A stretch of DNA of 64,000 bases, from positions 248,001 through 312,000 of the IMG/VR virus record IMGVR_UViG_3300043418_000072. One strand, given 5' to 3'. Within the stretch, counting starts at the first letter, position 1. Every line of letters starts with the position of its first letter. The position numbers and the translations under genes were made by a program. Below are positions 9,590-19,987 of this stretch, piece after piece. The notes beneath the pieces were generated by a model. That model was given only the letters and a program-made list of their open reading frames with translations, ran no database searches and had not been told where the DNA came from.

Positions 9590-10362
9590 GTGGTAAGCTC
9601 TCTGTTAAAATAATTATAGTACACTTCTTTAGTACTTTGCAACCATATCGAGTGCAAAGTCTTAATCTGGTGCAGCGTGACTTCTAAATGTAAATTTGTC
9701 ACTATGTCATTGATAGTATTGTATCCGTTTGCAGCGTATAGCGTGTCTGCTGTGTAAATGTTTACATTACTGCCATTGGTGATTAGCGGGTCTACTAGAC
9801 TACTAAGACGATTAGACATGGCAGTTATGGCACCTAAGGCTGCTATTTGTTTCTCCTGCAGGCCACCGTTCAGTTGGTTTAGTGAGGGATTTTTGCTGTT
9901 ATATATTTCAGCTATCAGTTTAGTGTTGTTAGGCAAGAGAAACACATGGTTGCAGTCTTGCAGACACCACGGGCTTAGTTGTTCTGTACGCTCGCCTGTG
10001 GCAATGCGATGTCTGTCATAACATCGCAGGTGTTGGTTAGAAAGGATCGTGTCAATTTCATGCTCCTGTCCATGACAGTCGTATGCAACTAGTGCGTCAG
10101 GATTCCAGAACTCAATTTGATTGTTAGTATAATAGCAGGTGTGCAACTTTTGTCTAATACTCCACTCTCGCTGTAGCCACAGGCCAGGCGCCATTGGTCG
10201 TTGATAATATTCCAATAACCAGTTGTACCTGTCAGCGGATGTGGGGTAAGAATCTCTAAACTCCTTGTCGTCAAAGAAGTCAAAGCGCGGGTCAATGGTA
10301 ATTATGTTACGAACAAGATTACCAGCAGCGCCCCACGGAAAGTAAAGGATCACTCCCTTCAT
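9586..10362 (-). CDS. Hypothetical protein, possible sulfotransferase-like P-loop fold
   Basis: N-terminal ILYFPWGAAGN motif. Confidence 0.5.
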   Translation of the reverse strand: MKGVILYFPWGAAGNLVRNIITIDPRFDFFDDKEFRDSYPTSADRYNWLLEYYQRPMAPGLWLQREWSIRQKLHTCYYTNNQIEFWNPDALVAYDCHGQEHEIDTILSNQHLRCYDRHRIATGERTEQLSPWCLQDCNHVFLLPNNTKLIAEIYNSKNPSLNQLNGGLQEKQIAALGAITAMSNRLSSLVDPLITNGSNVNIYTADTLYAANGYNTINDIVTNLHLEVTLHQIKTLHSIWLQSTKEVYYNYFNRELTT

Positions 10363-11885
10363 TGCCAGTCAATCTTCTCTACTGTAAATGGGTAGTTGGC
10401 ATCTTTATAGAATTTCTTACGTGCTGTTAAGTGACGTTTAGAAAACTTGCAGGTACTAGTCACATCCCAAATCTCTACGTGGTCTTTGTCTTCCGCTTTT
10501 CTAATGCCTCGCCCAATACTTTGTATAACCCGCACAAAGCTCTTTCCGGGCTCCATAAGAACCAGATTAAAAATCCTAGGAATATTAATACCCACTGCGG
10601 CCACGCCATAAGTCGCCACAATAATCTTGTTAGTTGCTGTTGCAACATCGTCATATTCATCTTTCCGATCCTTTGCTTTAGTAGATCCATTGACAAACAT
10701 CACGTCCGGCTTGTCGCTTAGTAAACTAAACAATCCGCTCAGTTCCGCTTGCAGCATCTTGCCAGTTTCAATGCGGTCAACTAGAACAAGGGTATTACCG
10801 CCCTCTTTAATCTTGTCTACTAGCTTGGCAATATATGCAATACGTGCCGCTGTAGTAGTCAAGTACTTTAGTTCGCTTTGGTAGTCTGTATATTCTACGT
10901 GATCAATTAGCTGCACAACGTTAACGTGACACATAGCCAAATGTCCAGCTTCTTGCAATTCACTTGCACTTAGCTTGCCAACTACTGGACCAAGGCTACA
11001 GAAGATTGACACTGCTGCATACTCTTCTTTAGGTACTGTGCCAGTTAGGCCCCAACGAATAGGCACATGGGCAAACACACTTGTCAACAAAGTCTTTAAC
11101 GCATCTGCTTTAGCCATGTGTACTTCGTCTACCATAACCAATGCCACTCCGTCAACGAGATCGTCAATGATATAGTCTGTTGGATCCTTTAGTAAGCGAT
11201 GGCTAGCCGGTTCATCTTCGCCGCTGCGGCCTTCGCTGTTCTTCATTAGAATGTTTAAGCTCTGCCATGTGCAGATAGTATGAGTGCGACCAACTTCCTT
11301 ACGATCACCAAAGTAAACGCCAACGTCTAGGCCCAAGTTAATGTAGTCTAGCTCTGTTTGGCGCACCAAGTCCTTGTTAGGAACAATAACCACGCTCTTA
11401 CCATACTTCTCAGCACTCAACGATAACGCCGCGGTCATAATAGTCTTACCTGCGCCTGTGGCAATCTCTTGCAATGCCTGGGGATTCTGCAAAAAGTTGT
11501 TGATAATACCAACTTGATAGTCACGGAACATAACAGGCTGACCAGCTGCTGGGTGCCCAACAGGCCATGTCTTGTGTGCAAACGTGTCTTCTTTAAACTC
11601 GTCAAAAACAATAGTATTGGAGTATGTGCGACGATCGTCAATTTCAATGTCGTAACCTGCTGCATCAAGCACAGGCAAGATTTCGGGCAACAGGTTAATG
11701 TAGCTGCTGCCACCTAATTGGAAGTAACTGACTTTGCCGTCCCATCTGCCCAAGCGAACGCTCGGCTGATACCGCGCACCAGGGATTTCGTATTTGAACT
11801 TGTCTACAAGTTTCTTCCTAACCCCTACGTCAACGCCTTCAATCTTTACGTTAACTTCGTCTTTGATAATTAATTTAGCCTGCAA
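10359..11885 (-). CDS. uvsW: UvsW-like SF2 DNA helicase
   Basis: RDYQ, ATGAGKT, DEVH, GLTGT, GINIP, QSIGRGIR; probable TTG start at 11885. Confidence 0.9.
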   Translation of the reverse strand: MQAKLIIKDEVNVKIEGVDVGVRKKLVDKFKYEIPGARYQPSVRLGRWDGKVSYFQLGGSSYINLLPEILPVLDAAGYDIEIDDRRTYSNTIVFDEFKEDTFAHKTWPVGHPAAGQPVMFRDYQVGIINNFLQNPQALQEIATGAGKTIMTAALSLSAEKYGKSVVIVPNKDLVRQTELDYINLGLDVGVYFGDRKEVGRTHTICTWQSLNILMKNSEGRSGEDEPASHRLLKDPTDYIIDDLVDGVALVMVDEVHMAKADALKTLLTSVFAHVPIRWGLTGTVPKEEYAAVSIFCSLGPVVGKLSASELQEAGHLAMCHVNVVQLIDHVEYTDYQSELKYLTTTAARIAYIAKLVDKIKEGGNTLVLVDRIETGKMLQAELSGLFSLLSDKPDVMFVNGSTKAKDRKDEYDDVATATNKIIVATYGVAAVGINIPRIFNLVLMEPGKSFVRVIQSIGRGIRKAEDKDHVEIWDVTSTCKFSKRHLTARKKFYKDANYPFTVEKIDWQ

Positions 11886-13065
11886 TTTTAATAACTTTCT
11901 TTCCGGTATTGCCTTTAGTATACACATCTGCTGCGGTATATACTACCTTACTGGATCTTTGTAACATGGTTTGTTTGTCGCCACCGAAGATCATCCCCGA
12001 TGTGCTAATGAGCATGGGAATGTGTTCAAGGTCTTTAATGGGCTTAACTGTATATATGAACTTTGTCTCGGGTGTTATACGTTCTTGTACGCTTTTGCTA
12101 TTACCAACGTCAATGATTTGTTCTTCTGGGTACAATTCCTTTAATCGTTGGAGCAGACGAACACTCAAGTCTGGCTCATAAATTACCACTGGCAAGCGCC
12201 CGACCTTTACTGCATAATCTAAGACACTAGCTAAATGATCTTCGTCGATGCCTACATCACTGTTAATCTTAACTTCGCGGTGACTTGCAATGCGCAGGAA
12301 TCGTGTACCCCACTCTTGGATCACAGCTTGGCTCAAGTCTTCATCAATGGAGTACCCTAAATCGCTAGAGGCATCTACTAGACGTAGCAGATTATCAAAT
12401 GCAAATCCACCTAGTTTAGTTTCAATATATTCGCGCAGGCTGTCTGGGCAGTTTCTAATGTCTAGAGATGTACCGTTGCAAAACAACTCAATCGCATATG
12501 GCTGTTGTTCAACCTGCTCAATCTTGCCAGTCAACTCTACCACTTCATCGCCTATTGTGAATCCATTGGATGCAGCCCACGCATGACAATAGTTTAGATT
12601 GTATTCTGTTAGGGCAATATGCCATTGCTTCTTTTCTTTGTCAAATACGCATCGGCCCTGACTATCTTTCCTAAAAGCACGTAACCGTTCAATCAAGTCA
12701 GTTGAGTATGGAAATTGTAGAACAATAGTGTCATCCTTAATAGTAAGGGACTTGGTGTAATCCATCTTACGTAATTTATTTCTCCACACTGGCCGCTCGA
12801 CAGGACTTACATCAACGCCCTTTGCTGCAAGTTGCCGTTGGTATTTAAGAAGGATCTTACAAGCCAGTTCGCCCTGTCGTTCAGTTAGTGGCTTAGCTGT
12901 ATGTGTGGCTTCGCACATGCTGGTCAGCACACTGACATCGTATCTTGCTAGATTGATAATCGGATCAAAGCTAAACATCCACGAACTTTTGGGCTTGCCA
13001 GTGACAACGTCACGGTAGCCAGAAATAACTTCAATGTAATCTTCAACTGTATCGTATTTTTTCAT
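11875..13065 (-). CDS. Hypothetical protein upstream of uvsW
   Basis: Long ORF; start moved to MKKYDT. Confidence 0.7.
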   Translation of the reverse strand: MKKYDTVEDYIEVISGYRDVVTGKPKSSWMFSFDPIINLARYDVSVLTSMCEATHTAKPLTERQGELACKILLKYQRQLAAKGVDVSPVERPVWRNKLRKMDYTKSLTIKDDTIVLQFPYSTDLIERLRAFRKDSQGRCVFDKEKKQWHIALTEYNLNYCHAWAASNGFTIGDEVVELTGKIEQVEQQPYAIELFCNGTSLDIRNCPDSLREYIETKLGGFAFDNLLRLVDASSDLGYSIDEDLSQAVIQEWGTRFLRIASHREVKINSDVGIDEDHLASVLDYAVKVGRLPVVIYEPDLSVRLLQRLKELYPEEQIIDVGNSKSVQERITPETKFIYTVKPIKDLEHIPMLISTSGMIFGGDKQTMLQRSSKVVYTAADVYTKGNTGKKVIKIAG

Positions 13066-13115
13066 AGTGCATTGTAGCAGGAACAAATAATTTTTACGAG
13101 GCACATTTAACCATT

Positions 13116-13135
13116 AAAAAGCCCCTTGCGGGGCT
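13116..13135 (-). terminator. Intrinsic terminator
   Basis: AGCCCC-GCAA-GGGGCT followed by U tract. Confidence 0.7.
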
Positions 13136-13142
13136 CTTACTC

Positions 13143-13433
13143 TTACTCTGTATCACTGTTATGCGCACCAGAGTCTAGGTCTTGCATCAGTCTGCGTTCT
13201 TGTGCAGTCCTGCGTTCTTTCTTATTCCACTCATTGCGTCGTGGATTCCCACACATCAAGCATCCAGGCGTACCACAGTCCATGGCACGATGTTTAGCAA
13301 GTCGATGAGGCTGCTTATCCAACTTGGGATTATAGCTAGAACTCTGCTTGGCAATACGTAACTGCCTAGCAATAGTAACATCCGTCTTGTGGCGGCGTCG
13401 CGAGTTTAAGAACTTTGCTGTTTCGTTACTCAT
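13143..13433 (-). CDS. Small basic Cys-motif protein
   Basis: DCGTPGCLMCGNPRR motif. Confidence 0.65.
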   Translation of the reverse strand: MSNETAKFLNSRRRHKTDVTIARQLRIAKQSSSYNPKLDKQPHRLAKHRAMDCGTPGCLMCGNPRRNEWNKKERRTAQERRLMQDLDSGAHNSDTE

Positions 13434-13434
13434 A

Positions 13435-13605
13435 TTAGCGGCGACTCCAGAACATGTAGTTTACTACTACAAAGAACGCATCTAGTGCTGCGTTGCCGTA
13501 ATTGTGCAATGAGAGATTGGCAATACACGACATCAAACATACGCCAATAATGAACCATGTGATTTCGCTACTGTACTGTGTGTACCAAAGTTGAAACTTA
13601 TTCAT
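13435..13605 (-). CDS. Small membrane protein
   Basis: 56 aa with two hydrophobic segments (manual translation). Confidence 0.5.
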   Translation of the reverse strand: MNKFQLWYTQYSSEITWFIIGVCLMSCIANLSLHNYGNAALDAFFVVVNYMFWSRR

Positions 13606-13760
13606 TTACACACCTTTGCAATATCGTCTGTTGGCATGTGTGCAGCAATGCCTGCTAGCTTACACTGACTTTTTTGATAATCAGAATATGCAAGACCCGC
13701 AAATGGAACACCCATAACAAAAACCATAGCGATCATAAACCACTTCATATCATCGTCCAT
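13602..13760 (-). CDS. Small membrane protein
   Basis: 52 aa with N-terminal TM segment (manual translation). Confidence 0.5.
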   Translation of the reverse strand: MDDDMKWFMIAMVFVMGVPFAGLAYSDYQKSQCKLAGIAAHMPTDDIAKVCK

Positions 13761-13761
13761 A

Positions 13762-13962
13762 TCATTCCTCCCAGAATAATTTCATGTTAAAATACCGAGC
13801 AACAGGTTTAACTGTTAGTGGCAGTATCAAAGATACGATCCACAGCATTTGAATTAGTTCTGTTGGGCAGAACTTGTAGTAGATGTTCAACAGGCCCACC
13901 CAAAGGTAAACAAAGCCTGTCCAAAAAATATAGTAACCGCCCGAGCGTCCAAATAACTTCAT
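13762..13962 (-). CDS. Small membrane protein
   Basis: 66 aa, two TM segments. Confidence 0.55.
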   Translation of the reverse strand: MKLFGRSGGYYIFWTGFVYLWVGLLNIYYKFCPTELIQMLWIVSLILPLTVKPVARYFNMKLFWEE

Positions 13963-14267
13963 TTAGTATCTCCGTGTGCTGGCTTGTTCTTTTCATCTCG
14001 CCACTCTTGCTCGAGCTGTTCTTTTTCGCGAACAAACCTAACAGTTTCTAGTTCTATCCAGAACAAGGAGCTGATGGCCGCGATAACCACTACCGTAGCG
14101 GTGACCCACGGAAACTGAAATGCAAGTGTACCAACAACAAAACACACCAGTATAACCAACATTATATATCCAACAATCTTGGAAATATCCTTAATGCTGT
14201 CCCACATGTAGCGCGAAATGTTTTTGACTGCAACTTTTGCATCTTGAAAAAATTCTTTGTAAATCAT
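13959..14267 (-). CDS. Membrane protein
   Basis: 102 aa, two TM segments, ATGA overlap. Confidence 0.6.
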   Translation of the reverse strand: MIYKEFFQDAKVAVKNISRYMWDSIKDISKIVGYIMLVILVCFVVGTLAFQFPWVTATVVVIAAISSLFWIELETVRFVREKEQLEQEWRDEKNKPAHGDTK

Positions 14268-14530
14268 TCTTCAACTCCAAATTCACTTTTGATTGCTTCG
14301 TAGCAAAACGTAGCAGCCATTTCTGCTAGATCACGCTTATCATTATCTTCGATAGTAAATAAGTCTTCTTTAACCTCTGCACAAAGTTTCATACAGTCTA
14401 GAGCAATCAACTCGGCGAACTTTTCAATGTCCTTCAAGTTTGCTACAACAGCATGACCATCGTACCCGTCATATTCCCAAAGAATACTGATGCCAGCCTG
14501 CTTGGCAAGTTCTTGAATTCGCTCGTTCAT
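14264..14530 (-). CDS. Hypothetical phage protein
   Basis: MNERIQELA...EKFAELI...FGVEE pattern. Confidence 0.7.
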   Translation of the reverse strand: MNERIQELAKQAGISILWEYDGYDGHAVVANLKDIEKFAELIALDCMKLCAEVKEDLFTIEDNDKRDLAEMAATFCYEAIKSEFGVEE

Positions 14531-14895
14531 TTGATCCCCAATGCTGCACGTTCAGTCGGTGTTAACTTTTCAAGCGCTCGTTCTTTTGCTTCTGCTCCGG
14601 CCTTTTCTGCCTGCAACTTTTCGATCTCTTGTGTGATTACTGTGCTGCGACGAAACACTGTGGTCTTACCCGACTGCTCGGTATAGTTGCGAGTGAATGT
14701 AGTGGTATTACCACACTTGGCAATGTAGAAACTCTTGCTTTGGTAACCACGGTCCACATACTTAACTTCGCAGCCTTCGTAAATGCCAACTAAGTTGATT
14801 GCAGGATTTGCAAGCATTTCTTTTGCTTGATCATCTGTGCGCTCGCTGCAACCCACTAACAATACTGCCGCTAAAATACAAATTACTTTTTTCAT
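14527..14895 (-). CDS. Putative lipoprotein
   Basis: Lipobox LLVGC. Confidence 0.65.
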   Translation of the reverse strand: MKKVICILAAVLLVGCSERTDDQAKEMLANPAINLVGIYEGCEVKYVDRGYQSKSFYIAKCGNTTTFTRNYTEQSGKTTVFRRSTVITQEIEKLQAEKAGAEAKERALEKLTPTERAALGIK

Positions 14896-14926
14896 GTTAA
14901 CTCCAAAAAGGGCTGAAGCCCTTTCA

Positions 14927-15778
14927 TTATTTGCCCAAGTTAAGCATCATGTCCTTGCCACCGTTTACCACAGTGTCGGGCATTTTGCCATTCCACTTTT
15001 CAATCCATTGCAACTTAACATAGTTGTCACCGCCTTGGTGTTGAATAGCACTTGCTTGAATCTGAATAGCTTCAGCTTCACCTTTAGCCTGTGCAATCCG
15101 TGACTTGGCTTCAACTTGAATACGTTCGTAGTCTTGATCTGCTCGCAGTTTGGCCTGTTCTGCAATCACTTTGGCTTCAATAGAATCTTGGAACGCTTTA
15201 CTGAACCCAAAGTTAACCAAGCTCACGTTGTTGACCACAATGTTAAATGGTGCTAGCTTTTCGCTCAGTCGAGCCACAATGTCTGCATTAACTGCATCAC
15301 GTTTGGTAATCAGTTCTTCACTGGTATAATGCCCAACTGCGGACTTAAACGATTCGTTGATTGCTGGACCGAGCACCTTGGTGTCTACATCAAGACCAAA
15401 CTCTTTGTAAATGTGCGGCACCTTGTTTGGTGTCAAGCGATAGTTGACCACGATGTCTGTATGCACTTGTTGAGTGTTTTTAGTGCCAGCACTTGCGTTA
15501 TTCAAGTTAGCACGTTGAAGTCGAACATCAACATGCTTAACATCTGAAATTGGATTAACAAACTGAGCACCCTCATTCAGCACGGTTTGATTAACTTCGC
15601 CGAGTGTGATCTGTACACCTACATGACCCGCTGGCACGATAGTGAATGCACTATATACCACACCAGCAGCAAAAATTGCGATGCCTGCTACATTAGCAAG
15701 AGTTTTGCGTTGCAAGAACACATGAATTGCGGCAGATGCAACTACTGCCAGCAAGAAGAAAAATACGATTGAAAACAT
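14927..15778 (-). CDS. SPFH/band 7 (prohibitin-like) membrane protein
   Basis: VPAGHVGV, EELITKR, AIEAK-like, KWNG motifs. Confidence 0.9.
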   Translation of the reverse strand: MFSIVFFFLLAVVASAAIHVFLQRKTLANVAGIAIFAAGVVYSAFTIVPAGHVGVQITLGEVNQTVLNEGAQFVNPISDVKHVDVRLQRANLNNASAGTKNTQQVHTDIVVNYRLTPNKVPHIYKEFGLDVDTKVLGPAINESFKSAVGHYTSEELITKRDAVNADIVARLSEKLAPFNIVVNNVSLVNFGFSKAFQDSIEAKVIAEQAKLRADQDYERIQVEAKSRIAQAKGEAEAIQIQASAIQHQGGDNYVKLQWIEKWNGKMPDTVVNGGKDMMLNLGK

Positions 15779-15896
15779 TTGGATTATTCCTTTTTATCCG
15801 TTGTTGAACTTGCTTTACCTGCTTTGTAACCAGTGTAGATTAAACTACCCACAATCGCTACTAAGCCACATGCCATTAAAAACTCTACGATTAAAA

Positions 15897-16127
15897 TCAT
15901 AAATCATCATCCTCGTCATCAAACCTAAATCCACACTGCTCGAGATCTAAGTCTGCCGGGAAAGTTAGCACCATGCTAGGTGTACCTTCGTTGCCATACA
16001 TCATCTCATCCCAGTCCGGACTGTCTTCATCTAGTTTGGCATCAACGATTGCTTTGTTGCGATACCAACGCATACCAGCACTACCATCACCATAGTCGCA
16101 TGTTAGTCCGTAAATTGTTTGGGTCAT
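15897..16127 (-). CDS. Small acidic hypothetical protein
   Basis: 76-aa ORF with GAGGA RBS. Confidence 0.55.
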   Translation of the reverse strand: MTQTIYGLTCDYGDGSAGMRWYRNKAIVDAKLDEDSPDWDEMMYGNEGTPSMVLTFPADLDLEQCGFRFDDEDDDL

Positions 16128-16266
16128 TTCAAGTCCTCTACGTTAAACCGTTTACGAAGTTTTGTTGCAAAATAACCTTTAAGGATAACTTCATCAAACA
16201 TGAAGAACAGTCCAATCAACATTACAAACGTCATTGTAATCATAAAAAGGTCGGCAAACCACATAA

Positions 16267-17400
16267 TTAATCCCAGCTTGATGAACTGTCGCTGCTGCTA
16301 GAACTATCACTGCTGCTCCAGCTTGAGCTAGAGTCGCTGCTTGAACTAGACCAGCTTGAGCTACTCTTGCTTGAACTGTCGTCCCAGCTAGAGCTGCGTG
16401 ATGGTGCAGGTGTGTCCCATGTGCTAGACTTTTCTTCACGGATAGTAGTGTCATCCCATGTGCTAGACTTGCTAGGAGCAGGAACTTCACGCACAGTTTC
16501 ACGGATCACAGTGCGCTCAGTGTCATGGTGGTGACCACTGTTGCTCAACATGTTACCAATCAACACACCAGTCAGCATGTCGTTGCTACCCGAGCTAGTA
16601 TGCACCACTGTCTGAGTTGGCTGCACTGCTTGAGCTGGGGTGTAGTATCCGCGACCCCTTGCTTCTGCGGCATCTGCACGAGCTCGGGCTTCTGCTGCTT
16701 CTGCACGGGCCTTAGCTACCATTTCTTCTGCAAGTTTTTCTTCTTTGAACTGCTTAACTGTTTTCAACTTGTCAGGGTTAGCAGGATCGAAACGTTCGTG
16801 TCCGTAGTTCTTGTGAGCCTTCAATGCTGCTTCTGCGGCCAGTTCAGCTTTGCGTTCTTCATCTTGCTTGGCAAGCATTTCCATGTGTTCACGCTTGCGT
16901 ATAGCTTCACGTTCTTGACGAAGAGCTTCACGCTTCTCAGCATCAATTTTGTCTTGTGCGTCTTGGTTTGCTTTACGTTGCATTTCTTTGTGTGCATACC
17001 AAATAGCGAAGCCCACTACCCCAATCAGCAAGAGCAACATAACGTTTCGCACAGTATGCGATTCCTCAATCGACTCAATCTTCTTAGTTTGCGGAGTAAT
17101 TGCTTCCTTCAAACTTGCAACACTAGATGCCGGCGCAAAGTCCAACGCAGGGTTCAGCCCTGTTGCAATGTTAAGCGCCTTTTGTGCTTTTTCTTGATTG
17201 CCAAGACCTGCTTGTGCTTGCGCCATTGCATAAAATGCTTTAGCTGACTTGGGATGATTTTGGATAATCACTTCCAGTCCTTGTGCTGCTGCGGCATATT
17301 GTTGCTGCTGGATCAGTCCTTGGATCTGATCAAATGTTGCCTCAGCTTGAGCGGCAATTGCCATCAAACCAAACGCGAATGCTGCTAGAAACTTTTTCAT
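16267..17400 (-). CDS. Membrane-anchored TPR protein with Ser-rich tail
   Basis: Signal peptide, TPR (HPKSAKAFYAMAQA), TM helix, coiled coil and SSSSW repeats. Confidence 0.75.
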   Translation of the reverse strand: MKKFLAAFAFGLMAIAAQAEATFDQIQGLIQQQQYAAAAQGLEVIIQNHPKSAKAFYAMAQAQAGLGNQEKAQKALNIATGLNPALDFAPASSVASLKEAITPQTKKIESIEESHTVRNVMLLLLIGVVGFAIWYAHKEMQRKANQDAQDKIDAEKREALRQEREAIRKREHMEMLAKQDEERKAELAAEAALKAHKNYGHERFDPANPDKLKTVKQFKEEKLAEEMVAKARAEAAEARARADAAEARGRGYYTPAQAVQPTQTVVHTSSGSNDMLTGVLIGNMLSNSGHHHDTERTVIRETVREVPAPSKSSTWDDTTIREEKSSTWDTPAPSRSSSWDDSSSKSSSSWSSSSSDSSSSWSSSDSSSSSDSSSSWD

Positions 17401-17429
17401 ATATGTCCTTTGTTGCTGTCTATGTGTAT

Positions 17430-17458
17430 ATTATAACACCGTTTTCATTGAATGTCAA
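17430..17458 (-). promoter_or_regulatory. Early sigma70-type promoter
   Basis: TTGACA-17-TATAAT. Confidence 0.75.
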
Positions 17459-17711
17459 TGCCCATGCGCACAATGTCAAGATCTGCGTTTTTGCAGCTGG
17501 ACCCATCTGGGTACCAAACCAACGACCAACTTGGGGTGTGAAACATGGCTTCTTCGTCCCGCTTCTCGTTGGCAGGCTTGTATACTAAAGTAGTAATGAC
17601 CCCATTACGCAACTGCACACGAGTTGGACCAGTAACTTCGCACATACGGCGCAGGCTCATAGTGAACTCGTTAAACTGACTGCGATTGCGGAACATTGCT
17701 TCGTTAATCAT
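17445..17711 (-). CDS. Hypothetical protein
   Basis: 88-aa ORF behind a promoter. Confidence 0.6.
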   Translation of the reverse strand: MINEAMFRNRSQFNEFTMSLRRMCEVTGPTRVQLRNGVITTLVYKPANEKRDEEAMFHTPSWSLVWYPDGSSCKNADLDIVRMGIDIQ

Positions 17712-17737
17712 CGGGTACCTTTTGCTGCTATGTAGTT

Positions 17738-17766
17738 ATTATAACACCAAAATCATTTCGGGTCAA
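17738..17766 (-). promoter_or_regulatory. Early sigma70-type promoter
   Basis: TTGACC-17-TATAAT with shared AAATG spacer motif. Confidence 0.7.
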
Positions 17767-18122
17767 GCGTGGCCTTTCCCGAGTACTTCTTCGTTTTTAA
17801 GGCGGCGCATCATGTTTTCGTTGCGACGATCTTGTTCTTTGCGGGCACGTTTCTTTTCGTCGCTAACTTTGTTGAGCATGTCGTAGCCACGAGCCCATTC
17901 AATGCCAGTAATCCACACTTGTAACTGTTCAATGGTTCCGCTAAACAACATAGCGTCACGTGCGTACATGGGCAGTTCTTCATCACGCGGAAATACGCCA
18001 ACTCGATCTCCGTACTCGCCGCCCCATTGTCCGCCGTGCTTGTCGTGTCCCCAACGCATACCCATCTTGTGCAGGGTATCTTCGAGACGCTTAACTTTGA
18101 GAACTAAATCGTAACCCGCCAT
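17763..18122 (-). CDS. Hypothetical protein
   Basis: 119-aa ORF. Confidence 0.65.
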   Translation of the reverse strand: MAGYDLVLKVKRLEDTLHKMGMRWGHDKHGGQWGGEYGDRVGVFPRDEELPMYARDAMLFSGTIEQLQVWITGIEWARGYDMLNKVSDEKKRARKEQDRRNENMMRRLKNEEVLGKGHA

Positions 18123-18279
18123 TTTTCAGTACCTTCCAAATTTTCTTTGCTTCTTCCTGCGTTACTTGTTTGCAGGCCTTACTACAGAACTGTGCCCAAC
18201 CGCGTTTGCGGTCTGCTGTACGTGCTGTAAACAAATTATAACACGTTCGGCAATTATATTGTGCTGTTTGCCCGCGCAT
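18091..18279 (-). CDS. Small Zn-ribbon protein
   Basis: CRTC...FTAR.AD.KRGWAQFCSKAC. Confidence 0.6.
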   Translation of the reverse strand: MRGQTAQYNCRTCYNLFTARTADRKRGWAQFCSKACKQVTQEEAKKIWKVLKNGGLRFSSQS

Positions 18280-18281
18280 GG

Positions 18282-18611
18282 TTACCAACTAATCTGAATG
18301 CCGTAGTTTTGAATTGTGGGGCCGTTGCCGTTGTCGTCTGCTAGACCTCGTGGAACATATTTGTCCCCGTCTAACTTAATAACAGCACAATAACCCAATG
18401 TTTTGAGTTTGTCTACCACTGCTTGTTGTAAAGGTGTAGTTGTGTGATGTAGGTACTCAAACTGCTCCACGCTACCCAGATGGATAAACACATTACGCTT
18501 GCCACCTTCGGCAGCTTTTTTCACTCTTTGCTCAACGCTGTGCTTCAAGTAGTCTTCAACTTCTTGACCACTTTGGTCATACAGTTCTTTGGCTTCTTTT
18601 GCAGTAATCAT
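18282..18611 (-). CDS. Hypothetical protein
   Basis: MITAKEA...LGY...ISW pattern. Confidence 0.65.
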   Translation of the reverse strand: MITAKEAKELYDQSGQEVEDYLKHSVEQRVKKAAEGGKRNVFIHLGSVEQFEYLHHTTTPLQQAVVDKLKTLGYCAVIKLDGDKYVPRGLADDNGNGPTIQNYGIQISW

Positions 18612-18877
18612 ACAATCTCCACTCGACCTTCGTCAATAAATTTGTCCCATGCTTGGCAGCGATATCCGTTGTTGAAACTTTTATACACTGTGCCATCTTT
18701 TTTGATTTTCTCAAACTTATAGCTTTGGCGGCGCGGATCTTCTCGATCTTTGCCAACGCAGCCTAGAGCCCAGATGTTTGTTACACGATATAAACCGGTC
18801 TTCCAATCATCGCATTTATGAATGCCAGGAATGACTTCATTGAGTTTACAAACATCACCAACTTTAAGTTTAAACAC
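18608..18877 (-). CDS. Hypothetical protein
   Basis: 89 aa, GTG start after GAGGAG. Confidence 0.6.
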   Translation of the reverse strand: MFKLKVGDVCKLNEVIPGIHKCDDWKTGLYRVTNIWALGCVGKDREDPRRQSYKFEKIKKDGTVYKSFNNGYRCQAWDKFIDEGRVEIV

Positions 18878-19209
18878 GCCAACTCCTCAGTTGCTGGGAT
18901 AGAACATGCCAACAATCAGTGCAAGGGCTAGCCAAACACCCACAATCATTGCACACACTTTAAAAATTGTGATAATGAAAGTTGGAATAGCAAAGGCTGT
19001 CATTTCGATATACATTACAGTTTACCTTCCTTGGCCATACGAGCCCACTTGGCTTCAATTCGTGAACACTGTTCTTCAATTGCATCTTCGCGGCTTTGAC
19101 CCGGAACAAAGATGTTATAAGCAATGATTGCCAGTCCCATCAACAGGATTGGGCTCAACATAATCAGGGCGTTTACGCAGGCTTGCATAATGTTCCTTTA
19201 CTTACTGTA

Positions 19210-19626
19210 TTAGTCAATTGAACCAGGCAACATTTGTGTCACTTTTTGGATGCCTGTTACGCACAAGTCAGCCACTTCGCGCACAATAACAAATGCCAGT
19301 GCAACCAACAGGAACGGTACACGGATGGCCCAAGCAGCAAACTTGCCAGCGTCTGTTAAAGCATGGAAGTATGCTTTGCGCTTGTCAGTGTCACCAATTG
19401 CTTCGCGCAAGCCATCAACTGTCTTGTAGTCATGCACATAGGTAGCCAACGTGCAGTTAGCCCCAATGATGGTGTCTTTGTTAACAAAGAACATGCGGAA
19501 GTGAGCATAAGCCTTTTGGAACAGGTTAAACTTCACACCGTAAAACTGTTCGCGCCAGCGAATGTGCTGTGCTTGAACTTCCATGCGCTTGTCCCACTTT
19601 GGATCACGTTGTGTAGTAGTTGTCAT
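19210..19626 (-). CDS. Hypothetical membrane-associated protein
   Basis: Start moved to ATG 19626 (GGAG RBS, downstream of the promoter). Confidence 0.6.
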   Translation of the reverse strand: MTTTTQRDPKWDKRMEVQAQHIRWREQFYGVKFNLFQKAYAHFRMFFVNKDTIIGANCTLATYVHDYKTVDGLREAIGDTDKRKAYFHALTDAGKFAAWAIRVPFLLVALAFVIVREVADLCVTGIQKVTQMLPGSID

Positions 19627-19659
19627 TTTCTGCTCCTGTTGTTTGCTTGCTATGTAGTT

Positions 19660-19688
19660 ATTATACAACCAAAATCATTTCTGGACAA
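19660..19688 (-). promoter_or_regulatory. Early sigma70-type promoter
   Basis: TTGTCC-17-TATAAT. Confidence 0.65.
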
Positions 19689-19962
19689 CCAAATGATCGC
19701 CTGTGCCGTCAAAAAACAGGCCTTTTATGTGGGTTTTTTGGCGCATTTCGTGCCCTGTTTTGTACTGGCTGCACCAGCTTTGGCCCTTGACACCGTGTGT
19801 AGTAACGGCGCAGTAGCTATAAGACGCCAAGTAGGGCTCGCCAACTGGGGTTTCTGTGCCAAATACTTCGTTAATCATTAGCAGCATTAAGAAGCCTACA
19901 ACAAAAGTAGTAACTAATGTTACAGTCCAAATAATGATTTTAACTTTGGTTTCTACACGCAT
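19675..19962 (-). CDS. Membrane-anchored hypothetical protein
   Basis: N-terminal TM helix. Confidence 0.55.
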   Translation of the reverse strand: MRVETKVKIIIWTVTLVTTFVVGFLMLLMINEVFGTETPVGEPYLASYSYCAVTTHGVKGQSWCSQYKTGHEMRQKTHIKGLFFDGTGDHLVVQK

Positions 19963-19987
19963 TGCTGGCCCTTCTTGCTATGTGTAT

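Noticed and set aside
16270-16475. Short tandem repeats (GCTTGA/GCTAGA)
   Set aside because: They encode the Ser-rich SSSSW tail of the TPR protein.
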